NCBI GenBank assembly: GCA_030537935.1
Contig: JAUNUY010000005.1
Span: 8,347 to 72,346 of the forward strand
Length of the DNA: 64,000 bases
Source of the DNA: Eubacteriales bacterium
GTDB taxonomy: Bacteria; Bacillota; Clostridia; Lachnospirales; Lachnospiraceae
Direction: 5' to 3'
The translations under genes and the position numbers were made by a program. Position 1 is the stretch's first letter; each line of letters starts with the position of its first letter. The notes beneath the pieces are model-generated. The model worked only from the letters and a program-made list of their open reading frames with translations, had not been told where the DNA came from and made no database searches. Below are positions 1 to 9,646 of the stretch, piece after piece.

Positions 1-998
1 ATGAGGCGCAGCTTGTTCACCTGTTCCGCCGTGCCCAGAACGAGGAGAATATCCCCGGGTTCAAAGGTGTAATTCGGGTCCGGATTGAACTGTATTGCGC
101 ACTCATTACACTTTTCAATGGCGAGGACGTTGAGGCCGGTCACGTCCGGAATTCGCAGTTCTTTCAGGTTTTTGCCGTGGATGAGGCAACCCGGATTGAC
201 GACAATATCTTCCAAATCCAGTTCGATATTCCCCATCTTCGTGGTGACATCCAGGAAGGAAATGACGGAAGGGCGGGTCATAATCCCCGCCATTCGGCGA
301 CCGCCGATTTCTGCTACCGAGACCGTGTTGTTTGCACCGGCACGAACCAGTTTATCCGCCGCACTTTCTTCAATAACTTCCGAAATAATGAGCATGTCGC
401 TGCGGAGGTGACGGGCCGTCAAGACGGTTACGATATTTTCCGTGTCCGTTCGTCTGGCACTGATGAGCCCGATGGCACGGTCAATCCCCGCACTTTGCAG
501 GACCTCGGCTTCCGTCGACTCGCCCAAGATGCAGAGGACGTCCTTATCCAGCATCTTCATATATTCTTCCTGCTCCTCCGTAATGACGACAAAGAGGCGG
601 CCCTCCTTTTTCATCTGGCGGATGGCGGAGAGGGCGGCCCCCTTTGTGCCACAGATGATGTAATGTTTGTCGATTTTTTCGATTTTCTTTTCCAATATTC
701 TGCTCCTCCACATATCTCTGATTTTTCCGTCCACAATCATAACCACCAGGGTGGAAAAAGCGTAACCGACCGTCGCCAATCCCCACAAAATGATGAGGAT
801 GGAAAACAACTGGGCGGAATCCGTCATCACGCTGACCTCTTTATACCCTACGGTCGATATTGTAATTACCGTCATATATAGGGCATCAATGAAATTGACG
901 TCCAGCAAAAACATATACCCGATGGTACCGACCGTAATCAACGACGAAATGGAAATGATGATAAAAATCAGTTTTCTGCGGTCTTCACTTCTGACCAT
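1..998 (-). CDS. Potassium-channel family protein (2-TM pore domain plus RCK/TrkA-N and TrkA-C domains); 3' end lies beyond the window
   Basis: My reverse-strand translation from ATG 998-996 reads MVRSEDRRKLIFIIISISSLITVGTIGYMF..LYMTVITISTVGYKEV (pore helix and filter). A second TM follows, then KHYIICGTKGAALSAI (Rossmann-like) and a TrkA-C-like tail, open to position 1. Plus-strand ORFs 85..411 and 177..881 are antisense shadows. Confidence 0.8.
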   Translation of the reverse strand, partial: MVRSEDRRKLIFIIISISSLITVGTIGYMFLLDVNFIDALYMTVITISTVGYKEVSVMTDSAQLFSILIILWGLATVGYAFSTLVVMIVDGKIRDMWRSRILEKKIEKIDKHYIICGTKGAALSAIRQMKKEGRLFVVITEEQEEYMKMLDKDVLCILGESTEAEVLQSAGIDRAIGLISARRTDTENIVTVLTARHLRSDMLIISEVIEESAADKLVRAGANNTVSVAEIGGRRMAGIMTRPSVISFLDVTTKMGNIELDLEDIVVNPGCLIHGKNLKELRIPDVTGLNVLAIEKCNECAIQFNPDPNYTFEPGDILLVLGTAEQVNKLRL

Positions 999-1246
999 GA
1001 ACAAGCCTCGTTTCATTTGTCTTGTCGATTATATCGACGAACCGTACAAAAGTATCTTGCCGACGGACGGCTTTCGTTTATTATAGCATAAAATACTTGA
1101 AAAAACCGCATTTTCCACCGGCAATGGTGTAGGGGGTGGTTCGGTTTAAAAGGGGGAAGATTTCCTTTATCCGGTCTGAATTTCATGTTATAGTAGACAT
1201 GTATTATTTCAGAAACCGAACGAAATGGATGGGAGAGAAGTTTAGC

Positions 1247-2698
1247 ATGTTACGAGTCATATCTTTCGGTGCTTTGATTCTGTACTTTACGGTACTCATC
1301 ATCGCCGTTTTACGTGAAAAGAAAAATAATACGGTGGAAGATTTTTTCTTCGCCGGTCGCACCTTGCCGTTCTGGGCGTTGTCCATCACCTTCATTGCAT
1401 CGTGGTGGGGTGCCGGTGCCGCCTTGTCTACGGCGGACCTGGCCTATACCGACGGGTTGGACGCCTTTTGGTACTACGGCATGCCGGTATTACTGGCCAC
1501 ATTCCTGATGTTTCTGCTGGCAAAAGCCATCCGAAAACTGCCGTTTTTGACCCAGGGCAAGATGATGGAAGGACGCTATTCAAAGGCGGTCGGGAAACTC
1601 GTTTCCATCTTCATTTTTCTGTTCATGACTTTTTCCGCAGCGGCTCAGATGGTCGGTGTGGGCAAGTTTTTCGGACAGTATCTCGGTCTTTCGTATGAAG
1701 TCGCCATCCTGTTGGGAACGGGCATCGTCATCGTCTATTCCCTCATGGGCGGTTTTCGCGGGGTCGTGTTCACGGATGTTATACAGTTCGTGCTTTTACT
1801 CTGCTCTGCGGTCATTGTTCTGATTGTTGCTTGGCGGACGAGCGGCGGTTGGGATGCAATTGCACAGGCGGCCACCGCGGCGGGAAAGACCGGTTACATG
1901 GATTTTTCCGGCGGTTGGCGTCGTTATATTTCGTACGTCTTGACGTTTGCCCTGGCGTGGACCATTCAGGCCAATGTTTGGCAGCGGATTTCCGCAACGC
2001 GGACGGTTCGGGATGCACGCCGCATGACGGGGACGAGTTTTCTGATTTTCATTCCCTTATATTTCATCGCCGTATTGGCTGGGATGGCGGCATTGGCCAT
2101 TTATCCGTCCATGCCGGAAGGTGGGGTCGTTTCGGCCATCGTGCGGGACTATTTACCGCCCGTCCCGGGCGCATTGGTCTTTATCGGCATTTCAGCCGCC
2201 ATTATGTCCACCATGGATTCGCTCATCAATACAGGAGCGATGACATTAACAATGGACGTATGGCAAGGGAAGGGCGCGGTGGCCATCAAACGTTCCCGCA
2301 TCGCTACGGGTATCGTCAGCGTCATCGCCCTAATTATCGCCCTTCGGATTCGCTCTATTTTGGCGGTGGCATGGATAGCGTCCGACGTCATTACAACCGG
2401 TGTCTTTGTCCCGCTGATAGCCGGTTTTCTCTGGCGGCGCGGCAACAGCCGGGGAGCCTTGAGTTCGATGGTTGCCGGACTGGCCTATACCCTCGTCCAT
2501 CTGGCAGTGAGCTTCGGCCTGCCGATGCCGTTACCATGGCCGTTACGTTCTACGGCACAGACGCTGGTCGGAATTGGTCTTTCTCTGGTCGTTTACGTGG
2601 TTGTGAGCCTTTTGACCCCGCCCGAGTATGAACGGGCAGACGCCTTTCTGGCGGCAGCCGGTCGGTCACGCAGAAAGGAAGCGGACCGATCGATATAA
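1247..2698 (+). CDS. Sodium:solute symporter (SSF) family transporter
   Basis: ORF track 1136..2698. The protein is polytopic with SSF-like segments (FFAGRTLPFWALSITFIASWWGAGA, GGFRGVVFTDVIQF). I prefer ATG 1247, which has GGAGAG about 8 nt upstream; 1136 and 1229 are alternatives. Confidence 0.85.
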   Translation: MLRVISFGALILYFTVLIIAVLREKKNNTVEDFFFAGRTLPFWALSITFIASWWGAGAALSTADLAYTDGLDAFWYYGMPVLLATFLMFLLAKAIRKLPFLTQGKMMEGRYSKAVGKLVSIFIFLFMTFSAAAQMVGVGKFFGQYLGLSYEVAILLGTGIVIVYSLMGGFRGVVFTDVIQFVLLLCSAVIVLIVAWRTSGGWDAIAQAATAAGKTGYMDFSGGWRRYISYVLTFALAWTIQANVWQRISATRTVRDARRMTGTSFLIFIPLYFIAVLAGMAALAIYPSMPEGGVVSAIVRDYLPPVPGALVFIGISAAIMSTMDSLINTGAMTLTMDVWQGKGAVAIKRSRIATGIVSVIALIIALRIRSILAVAWIASDVITTGVFVPLIAGFLWRRGNSRGALSSMVAGLAYTLVHLAVSFGLPMPLPWPLRSTAQTLVGIGLSLVVYVVVSLLTPPEYERADAFLAAAGRSRRKEADRSI

Positions 2699-3343
2699 TC
2701 ACCTGAGCACGAAATATGCCTCGCACGGATATACCGACCGGATGTTATCGGACCGTATATCGGTACGGGGCGTATGCTGTTTGTATGGCCATTTCGTCTC
2801 CAATACGGGCGTCGATTTTGCCACTTTCAGATAGAGCGCCGTGGCGATATGCCTGGAAGATTGCCCGAAATTCCGGGCATCGTGGACCGTCAAGTCGGCG
2901 AGGGTATCTGCCGTAAAGAGAATTTGACCGAAGCGTGCACCGCCACTTTACATGGACAAAATTTTGTACGCTTTCTCCTGATGCGGCTGCTCGTGAAAGC
3001 ATTTGACATCCTGTTTTTGACCGTTTTTACTTTGTAACCGAGGACTCGGATTTTTTGGCGCGTTACTATCCGGAGGTGTCAGTGGATTAAAGCTTGCCTT
3101 TTTCGGTTACAACAAGAAGGAACATCTGTTGTATCTCATCGGTGCAATCATTATTTCCGATTCTCCGGCATGGCTATGGACCTTGCGTTAGATGCCCTTC
3201 GTCATCATACGCTACAAAGGACGGACCATGGAACATACATGAAAATGTGACATGATAACAGCGGGAAGATAGTGGGTCTACGGTGAGAAATTGTGATATA
3301 ATACATACATATCCCGACCGGGGATGAGAGACGGAGGAGTGAG

Positions 3344-4714
3344 ATGAAGCATAAAGAACGCTACGCCGGGACGGAACGTCTGGGGCAGGAACCGGTGGGT
3401 CGGTTGATTCGCGAGTTGGCATTACCCGCCATCGTCGCCCAGGTCATCAACCTGCTTTATAATATCGTGGACAGAATCTTTATCAGCCGTATTCCGGATG
3501 TGGGTTCACTGGCACTTAGCGGTATTGGCGTGGCCTTACCCGTCATTCTGATTGTCTCGGCCTTTTCGGCTTTCTCCGCCTTCGGGGGTGCACCGTTGGC
3601 CTCCATCAGCCTGGGTGCCGGTGATGTAGACCGGGCGGAACGGCTGCTCAAGGCAAATGCGGGGATGGCGTTGCTTTTCGGCATGCTGATTACCGTCCTC
3701 GCAAACGTATTTTTGAATCCTTTGTTGCGTTTCTTCGGTGCACGGGAGACCAACCTTCCTTATGCGGCGGAGTACCTCGGCATCTATCTTTTGGGAACGG
3801 TATTCGTCCTGGGGACATTGGCATTGAACAGTTTCATCAATGCACAGGGCTCGTCCCGCATCGCCATGCGAACGGTGGTTATCGGTGCCGTGGCGAATAT
3901 CGCCCTGGATCCGATTTTCATCTTCACCTTGAACATGGGGATTCGCGGTGCCGCCGTAGCGACGGTCATCAGTCAAGGTTTGAGTTTCATAGCCGTCTTG
4001 CTGTTTCTGTTGAGTAAGAAAAGCCGGCTACGGCTGCGCGGGGTAAGCCTTGAAAAGAGACTGGTCGGCGAGAGCATGAAACTGGGGGTCTCCGGTTTCA
4101 CCATGACGGCGACGGAATCCGCCGTCATGACGGTATTCAACCGTCTGCTTTCTCTGCACGGCGGGGAGATGCATGTGGCGACGATGGTCATCCTCCAAAG
4201 TGTACTTCAGATGCTGTTCATCCCCATGAGCGGTTACGTGGGCGGCGTGCAACCCCTGTTGAGTTATAACTATGGTGCCGGCAATCGGGCGCGTGTGCGG
4301 ATGATATTGAATCGGTCCTTGTGCATTCTCTGCGGGTTCAGTTTTCTGACGGCCCTCTCCGCCGTTCTTTTTCCGGGTATCTATGCGAGGATCTTTACCG
4401 ATGATCCCGCCTTGGCGGTCCTCGTTCGACGGTATTTACCGGTGTTTATTGCCGGGATGACCATCTTCGGGTTCCAAGAGACGGCACAGATGTATTTTGT
4501 CGGAACGAATCAGGCCCTGCATTCGATTTTCCTGGCCTCTTTGCGGAAAATCATCCTCCTGATTCCGCTCTGTTTTATCCTGAGCGCCCACTTTTCCGTC
4601 TTCGGGGTGTACATTTCCGAGGCGCTTGCGGACGCCCTCTCCGCAAGTACGGCCGGCTGGCTTTTCTTTCGCCAATACCGCGTCCTGTATGCACGAAAGG
4701 AGCGACGTAGATGA
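3344..4714 (+). CDS. MATE family efflux transporter
   Basis: 456 aa. The N-terminus LGQEPVGRLIRELALPAIVAQVINLLYNIVDRIFI is typical of MatE, with 12 hydrophobic segments. GGAGGAG RBS lies before the ATG. Confidence 0.9.
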   Translation: MKHKERYAGTERLGQEPVGRLIRELALPAIVAQVINLLYNIVDRIFISRIPDVGSLALSGIGVALPVILIVSAFSAFSAFGGAPLASISLGAGDVDRAERLLKANAGMALLFGMLITVLANVFLNPLLRFFGARETNLPYAAEYLGIYLLGTVFVLGTLALNSFINAQGSSRIAMRTVVIGAVANIALDPIFIFTLNMGIRGAAVATVISQGLSFIAVLLFLLSKKSRLRLRGVSLEKRLVGESMKLGVSGFTMTATESAVMTVFNRLLSLHGGEMHVATMVILQSVLQMLFIPMSGYVGGVQPLLSYNYGAGNRARVRMILNRSLCILCGFSFLTALSAVLFPGIYARIFTDDPALAVLVRRYLPVFIAGMTIFGFQETAQMYFVGTNQALHSIFLASLRKIILLIPLCFILSAHFSVFGVYISEALADALSASTAGWLFFRQYRVLYARKERRR

Positions 4715-5430
4715 ACAACGAACGGTATCTGCAAACGACACCACTGCTGAATTTCACCCACCCGTCCATTGTGACGCTTATCAGAACGCGCGGTTGGGCA
4801 AAATTGTCCGCTGAAGAACGTATCGGGGTGGTTTATAATTTTGTGCGTCATGAAATTCACTTCGGCTACAACGCGACGGATGCGCTCCGAGCGAGTACGG
4901 TCCTTGCGGCCGGATACGGACAATGCAATACCAAGGCCGTCTTGCTGATGGCGATGTTACGCGGTTGCGGGATACCTTGCCGTCTGCACGGTGCCACGGT
5001 GGATAAGCGGATGCAGTTCGGCATCATGCGGGGGTTCATTGCTCGTTCGGCACCGGACGAGATTCTGCATTCATGGGTCGAGGTATGGCATGGCGGTCGC
5101 TTTGTTGCACTGGAAGGCGTGATTTTGGACCGGGATTATCTGGCAGGGGTTCTTACATCGGCGGCGCCGTCGGCCGGACCGTACTGCGGCTATGCCATGG
5201 CCGTGTCGGATACGGGTCATATTGCGGTGGATTGGACGGGGACGGACACCTTCATTCAAAAAGAAGCGATGGTACGAGACCTCGGGATATTTGATAATCC
5301 GGATACGTTCCTGAGAGCATATCGGCAGAATCTTTCCCCTGTCAAGGCCGCCATCTATGCCCGTATCGGGACACGATGTATGAATCACCGGGTGGCGAAG
5401 ATTCGTGCTGCGGGGAGCAGATGCCCATGA
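4711..5430 (+). CDS. Transglutaminase-like domain protein (Cys-His-Asp core)
   Basis: GYGQCNTKAVLLMAMLRGCGIPCRL ... HSWVEVW..GRFVALEG is the transglutaminase-core pattern. ATGA overlap with the MATE stop codon. Confidence 0.8.
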   Translation: MNNERYLQTTPLLNFTHPSIVTLIRTRGWAKLSAEERIGVVYNFVRHEIHFGYNATDALRASTVLAAGYGQCNTKAVLLMAMLRGCGIPCRLHGATVDKRMQFGIMRGFIARSAPDEILHSWVEVWHGGRFVALEGVILDRDYLAGVLTSAAPSAGPYCGYAMAVSDTGHIAVDWTGTDTFIQKEAMVRDLGIFDNPDTFLRAYRQNLSPVKAAIYARIGTRCMNHRVAKIRAAGSRCP

Positions 5431-6068
5431 ATCCGATGAATTTTCGAACGCTCTATCGGGCATTGGCGGCGGAACGGGCACCGGTAGATTGGTGGCCCGC
5501 ACGGACTCGTTTTGAAATTCCGGTCGGTGCTATTCTAACGCAAAATACCCGATGGGAGAATGTGGAGTTGGCTTTGAGCCGTTTGCGGACGGCTGCCTGT
5601 TTGACACCGGTACGGCTGCGGGACATGTCGATGGAAGCATTGGGGGAGTTGATACGGCCCGCCGGCTTTTTTCGGATGAAGGCGTCCTATCTGAAAGCGA
5701 TGTGTGACTGGTATCTTGCGTACGATGCCGTAGCGGTACAAATGGATACCGCGACCTTGCGGCGCAGCCTGTTGTCGGTCCGGGGGATTGGTCCGGAGAC
5801 GGCGGATGATATTCTGCTTTATCACTACGACCGGTCCGTATTTATCTACGACGCCTATGCGCGCCGCCTGTTAACGGCATGCGGTTGTCGGGCGGACGGC
5901 AGTTATGAAAGTCTTCGCATACACCATGCGGCGGGTTGGTCGGCGGCCCGCTTGACGGCTGATGAAGCGGCACGTCTGCATGCGGAAATCGTCATGACGG
6001 GCAAACGGTCGGCGGCGTGCGAAGTGGCAAAACAATATTTTGAACAAATAAAACGGACGGATGGTTAA
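5421..6068 (+). CDS. Endonuclease III-like HhH-GPD domain protein
   Basis: WWPARTRFEIPVGAILTQNTRWENVELAL ... VRGIGPETADDILLY (helix-hairpin-helix). Start chosen at ATG 5421 (GGGGAG upstream, overlaps the previous stop) rather than ORF-track 5376. Confidence 0.8.
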   Translation: MPMNPMNFRTLYRALAAERAPVDWWPARTRFEIPVGAILTQNTRWENVELALSRLRTAACLTPVRLRDMSMEALGELIRPAGFFRMKASYLKAMCDWYLAYDAVAVQMDTATLRRSLLSVRGIGPETADDILLYHYDRSVFIYDAYARRLLTACGCRADGSYESLRIHHAAGWSAARLTADEAARLHAEIVMTGKRSAACEVAKQYFEQIKRTDG

Positions 6069-6090
6069 CCATCCGTCCGTTTTATTTGTT
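6050..6090 (+). terminator. Rho-independent terminator
   Basis: AAAACGGACGGATGG-TTAA-CCATCCGTCCGTTTT followed by ATTTGTT. The loop contains the stop codon of 5421..6068. Confidence 0.75.
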
Positions 6091-6145
6091 CAATGCATAC
6101 CGCCCCGTGTCTCCATGCTGTAACAGACATGCCGGCGTCAATGCA

Positions 6146-6976
6146 TTATCGCTCTGGTGCCGTACCATTTACCGTCGAACTGAAAATATCTCGTGGTGCG
6201 GAACGGTCAAAAGGTTTCTTTTTTGTACCGACGGCAACAGTTTCGATATTGCGGAAGACATGTTCAATATCATGCCATACACCGCTGTGTGCGGTGCAGA
6301 TGGTGTCAATGTCATATTGTCTACAGATATTTTTTAACTTTTTCAGCGACTGAATGTTCAGGCGTGTGTCCATATTATAAAAGTTGAAAAAGCAATAGCC
6401 GCCCTTCTCATTGACTGCGATGGCATCTCCGGTAAATAATACTCTGTCCTCAACGATATAGGCACTATGCCCGTAGGTATGACCGGGAGTGTGAATCAAT
6501 TGAACTTTAATCTCACCGACATGGACCACATCATGGTCCTTTAACAGCTTGTATCCGGACGTTCTTCGAATCGGGTTCTTAAAACCGAAAGGCCCTTTTT
6601 TAAATCGCTTTTCGACACCCGAAAGCATATCCCGTTCTTTTTCATGAATATAGACGGTTGCATTTTTGAATCGGTTGTTGGTATCGATAACCCCGCCGGC
6701 ATGGTCCATATCGGCATGGGTTAGAAAAACGGCTTTTACCCAATCGGGTTCCAGACCAATTTTTGCCTCGTTTCTTTCGGGATGTGGATAATTATCATAT
6801 CCCGAGTCAATTAAAATGACATCCGTACCTTTTTGAAAGGCATAATAATTGACATCCCATTGGGCCAGACTATAGATGTTATCATCTACTTTCCCCGTGG
6901 ACCGGGTATGAAAGATACCGCAGCCACGCAGTTTATATGGTTTTACCGTTTTACCGAAAAAATCTATAAGACGCAT
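6146..6976 (-). CDS. MBL-fold metallo-hydrolase (intact copy)
   Basis: 276 aa, with VFLTHADMDHAGG (HxHxDH-type motif) and HTPGHTYGH. GAGGTGA RBS. Confidence 0.85.
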   Translation of the reverse strand: MRLIDFFGKTVKPYKLRGCGIFHTRSTGKVDDNIYSLAQWDVNYYAFQKGTDVILIDSGYDNYPHPERNEAKIGLEPDWVKAVFLTHADMDHAGGVIDTNNRFKNATVYIHEKERDMLSGVEKRFKKGPFGFKNPIRRTSGYKLLKDHDVVHVGEIKVQLIHTPGHTYGHSAYIVEDRVLFTGDAIAVNEKGGYCFFNFYNMDTRLNIQSLKKLKNICRQYDIDTICTAHSGVWHDIEHVFRNIETVAVGTKKKPFDRSAPRDIFSSTVNGTAPER

Positions 6977-7271
6977 GTTATCACCTCAATTACAGTATAT
7001 GAGGTTTTCGTATAAAAAGATTGTACGAATCTGCTGTCTTTAAGATTTTTTAAACACATCGCTCACGGTGATACCGGTATATTTTTTGACCACTTTACAT
7101 AGGTGGGCACTGTCATAAAACGCGGCATTCACAGCAGCTTCCGTAAAGCTCTGTCCACTGTTAATCAACATGAATGCTTTTTTCATCCGCATCATAACCA
7201 TATAGTTCTTCAAATTCATGCCGGTTTCGGCTTTAAAAAGATGAGAGAGTCTGCTTTCAGATAGGTGGAGT
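6395..7271. repeat. 877-bp direct repeat, copy A (5' part of the MBL gene, spacer, 3' part of the AraC gene)
   Basis: Aligns without gaps to 12250..13126 at a constant offset of 5855. I count 6 mismatches: 6446, 6488, 6522, 6527, 7253, 7259. Confidence 0.95.
7040..7271 (-). pseudogene. AraC-family regulator, C-terminal HTH fragment only (5' part replaced by the element)
   Basis: Identical at protein level to the last ~77 aa of the intact copy 12895..13590. Homology stops at 7271. The ORF-track start at 7291 is fortuitous. Confidence 0.85.
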
Positions 7272-7307
7272 AATAACATCAAGGAGAACACTTAATCAAA
7301 AACAACA

Positions 7308-9166
7308 ATGTTTATCTTGAGTTTCAGAAAGAAAAAATTGAGGAACATTGAAAAGATTACAGCTCTCTATGAACGATTAAGCCGTGATGATGAATTACAA
7401 GACGAAAGCAACTCCATCGTCAACCAAAAGAAGCTACTAGAAGAATATGCCAATAAAAACAACCTGTCAAATACCATTCATTTCACTGATGACGGAATCA
7501 GCGGAACACAATTTGACCGTCCCGGCTTTTTAGCCATGATGGAACAAGTGCAACAAGGAAATGTCGGTTGTATTATCGTCAAAGATATGAGCCGTCTAGG
7601 ACATGACTATCTTAAAGTCGGTCAGTTTATGGAAATACTCCGTCAAAAGAGTGTCCGCCTAATTGCTATCAATGATAACGTGGATAGCTTTTGTCGAGAA
7701 GATGACTTTACCCCTTTCAGAAACATCATGAATGAGTGGTATGCAAGAGATACCTTACGAAAGATAAAATCGACCTTTAAGTCGAAGGGCGAAAGTGGAA
7801 AGCATACTGCGAGTTCTCCACCCTATGGGTACATCAAAGATGACAACGATAAAAACCAATGGATCATTGATGAAGAAGCAGCAGAAGTGGTGAGATGCAT
7901 TTTTCATTTAACCATGGAGGAGCAGGACCTTATCGTATCGATAGAATACTAGAACAAGAGAAGATAGACATACCAGCTTATCATCAGCGGAAGCTAGGAT
8001 ATGGTCTACATCAACACAAAGTCTTCAAATACCCTTATCGTTGGTGTAGTTCTACAATAGTACACATTCTGAAAAAACAAGAATATCTCGGTCATACAGT
8101 CAATTTCAAAACGACCAAACACTACAAGGACAAAAAGAGCAAGTACGTTTCAGAAGATAACTGGCTGATATTTAAGAACACGCATGAGCCAATCATCGAC
8201 CAAGAAACCTTTGATAACGTACAGAGAATACGAGCCAATGTAAAAAGATATCCTGACGGCTGGGGCGAATATCACCCTCTAACAGGACTTATGTATTGTG
8301 CTGATTGTGGTGGAAAGCTATATGTACACAGGACAAACAACTACAAGAAAGTTCCCAACTATGTATGTGGCAACTATACCAAAGTACCGTGTGGAACGGT
8401 TTGTAAATCAGGACATAGGATAAAAGCAGAAGCTGTACTCACGTTTATTCAAGAAACCTTAAAGGACATCAAAAGCTTTTTGAACGAAGATAACGAAGCA
8501 TTTATTCAGTCGATAAAAAACGATATGGAAGAACAGGAAAAGCAAGAGATTGAGAAAAAGAAAAATCTATTGACCGATTCTAAAAACAGGCTTCAAGAAC
8601 TAGAAAGACTGATGTGTCGTATTTATGAGGACATGATACTCAATAAAATTCCTCAAAATCGCTACGAAATACTTAATAACCAATACGAAACAGAGCAGAA
8701 AAGCCTAAGCCAAGAGGTTAAAAAGCTAGAAAATGAAATCAAGCGTTATGAAGAAGAAAAAGACAACACCAATCGCTTCATAAACCTTATCAATCGATAT
8801 GAAAACTTCGATGTACTTACAACAAGCATGATTAACGAGTTTATTGAGAAAATCATTATTCACGAGAGAGAAACAAAGGGTTCTGTAACTTCTAAGCAAA
8901 AGATAGAAATCTATTTCAATTTCATCGGCAACTATCAAGTGCCACAGAAAGAACTAAGCGAGGAAGAAAGCCAAAAGATTGAGGAAGAAGAACGTAAGAT
9001 TAAAGAACGCAGAGAAAGGCTTCATCGGAGCTACTTGAAGCGTAAAGCAAATGGAAAAGCAAAAGAGTACGAAGAGCGATACAAAGCAAAGCGAGATACC
9101 TTAAACGAGGAGAAAATGAAACTATTAGGGAAAATCCAAAGAGAAATAATATTAGAACAGAAATAA
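7308..9166 (+). pseudogene. Large serine recombinase (TnpX/CcrB-like), interrupted by one frameshift
   Basis: The N-terminal resolvase domain has ITALYERLSRDDELQDESNSIVNQKK (catalytic Ser context). ORF 7308..7952 continues in another frame as 7895..9166 (GPYRIDRILEQEKIDIPAYH, recombinase and zinc-ribbon CADCGGKLY, coiled-coil tail). The shift maps to ATGGAGGAGCAGG near 7919-7921, where one extra G would restore MEGAGPYRI. Confidence 0.85.
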
Positions 9167-9246
9167 AAACAATTAAAAATTAATTAATCTGTTGACCTTC
9201 TCAAATAGGAAGGGTAAACTTAAGTTGTCCATAGAGAGAAGGTGAA

Positions 9247-9486
9247 TTGATGAGAAATAGAATTGAGGAATTCAGAAAACCCTTAGGGTTATCCCAACAT
9301 AGGTTAGGGAAAAAAGTTGGAGTTTCACGAATTAGCATAAACAAGATAGAGACTGGGAAAACAATACCTAATCTAAGAACAGCAAATGATATTGCAAATG
9401 CTTTGGGAGTATGCATATATAAAATATTTGATTTAGATGGGCAAGAATCTTATTCTTGCACTCGAAATTGTAATTTTTCAAATTAA
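9247..9486 (+). CDS. XRE-family HTH transcriptional regulator
   Basis: 79 aa, RIEEFRKPLGLSQHRLGKKVGVSRISINKIETGKTIPNLRTANDIANAL. GAGAGAAGG RBS. Confidence 0.8.
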   Translation: MMRNRIEEFRKPLGLSQHRLGKKVGVSRISINKIETGKTIPNLRTANDIANALGVCIYKIFDLDGQESYSCTRNCNFSN

Positions 9487-9646
9487 TTGATTTTTTCGAA
9501 GCAAAAAAGAAGGTTTAATGAAGAGTAGAGATTTATAAGTTATATAAGAGATGGTTATTGGCTAGATAATAGAAACTTTATAAACGTAAATAAATTCAAA
9601 TTTAAGAAAGAATGGAGAGGAGGTTAAAAATATAAAATTATGGCAA

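Noticed and set aside
177-881. Long plus-strand ORF (234 aa) and its neighbours 85..411 and 442..663
   Set aside because: Composition is not protein-like. They lie antisense to a clearly recognisable K+ channel/RCK reading frame that runs 998..1 on the minus strand.
2699-3343. A 645-bp stretch without a convincing gene, containing ORF 2774..3037 followed by a small hairpin (CCGAG-GA-CTCGG plus a T-run). A minus-strand stretch reads LTVHDARNFG, vaguely like the HxLRH box of tyrosine recombinases.
   Set aside because: No frame gives a protein-like sequence longer than about 30 aa. The recombinase resemblance is a single short motif and I could not extend it. It may be a decayed gene or a long 5' UTR of the MATE gene, but I cannot support either.
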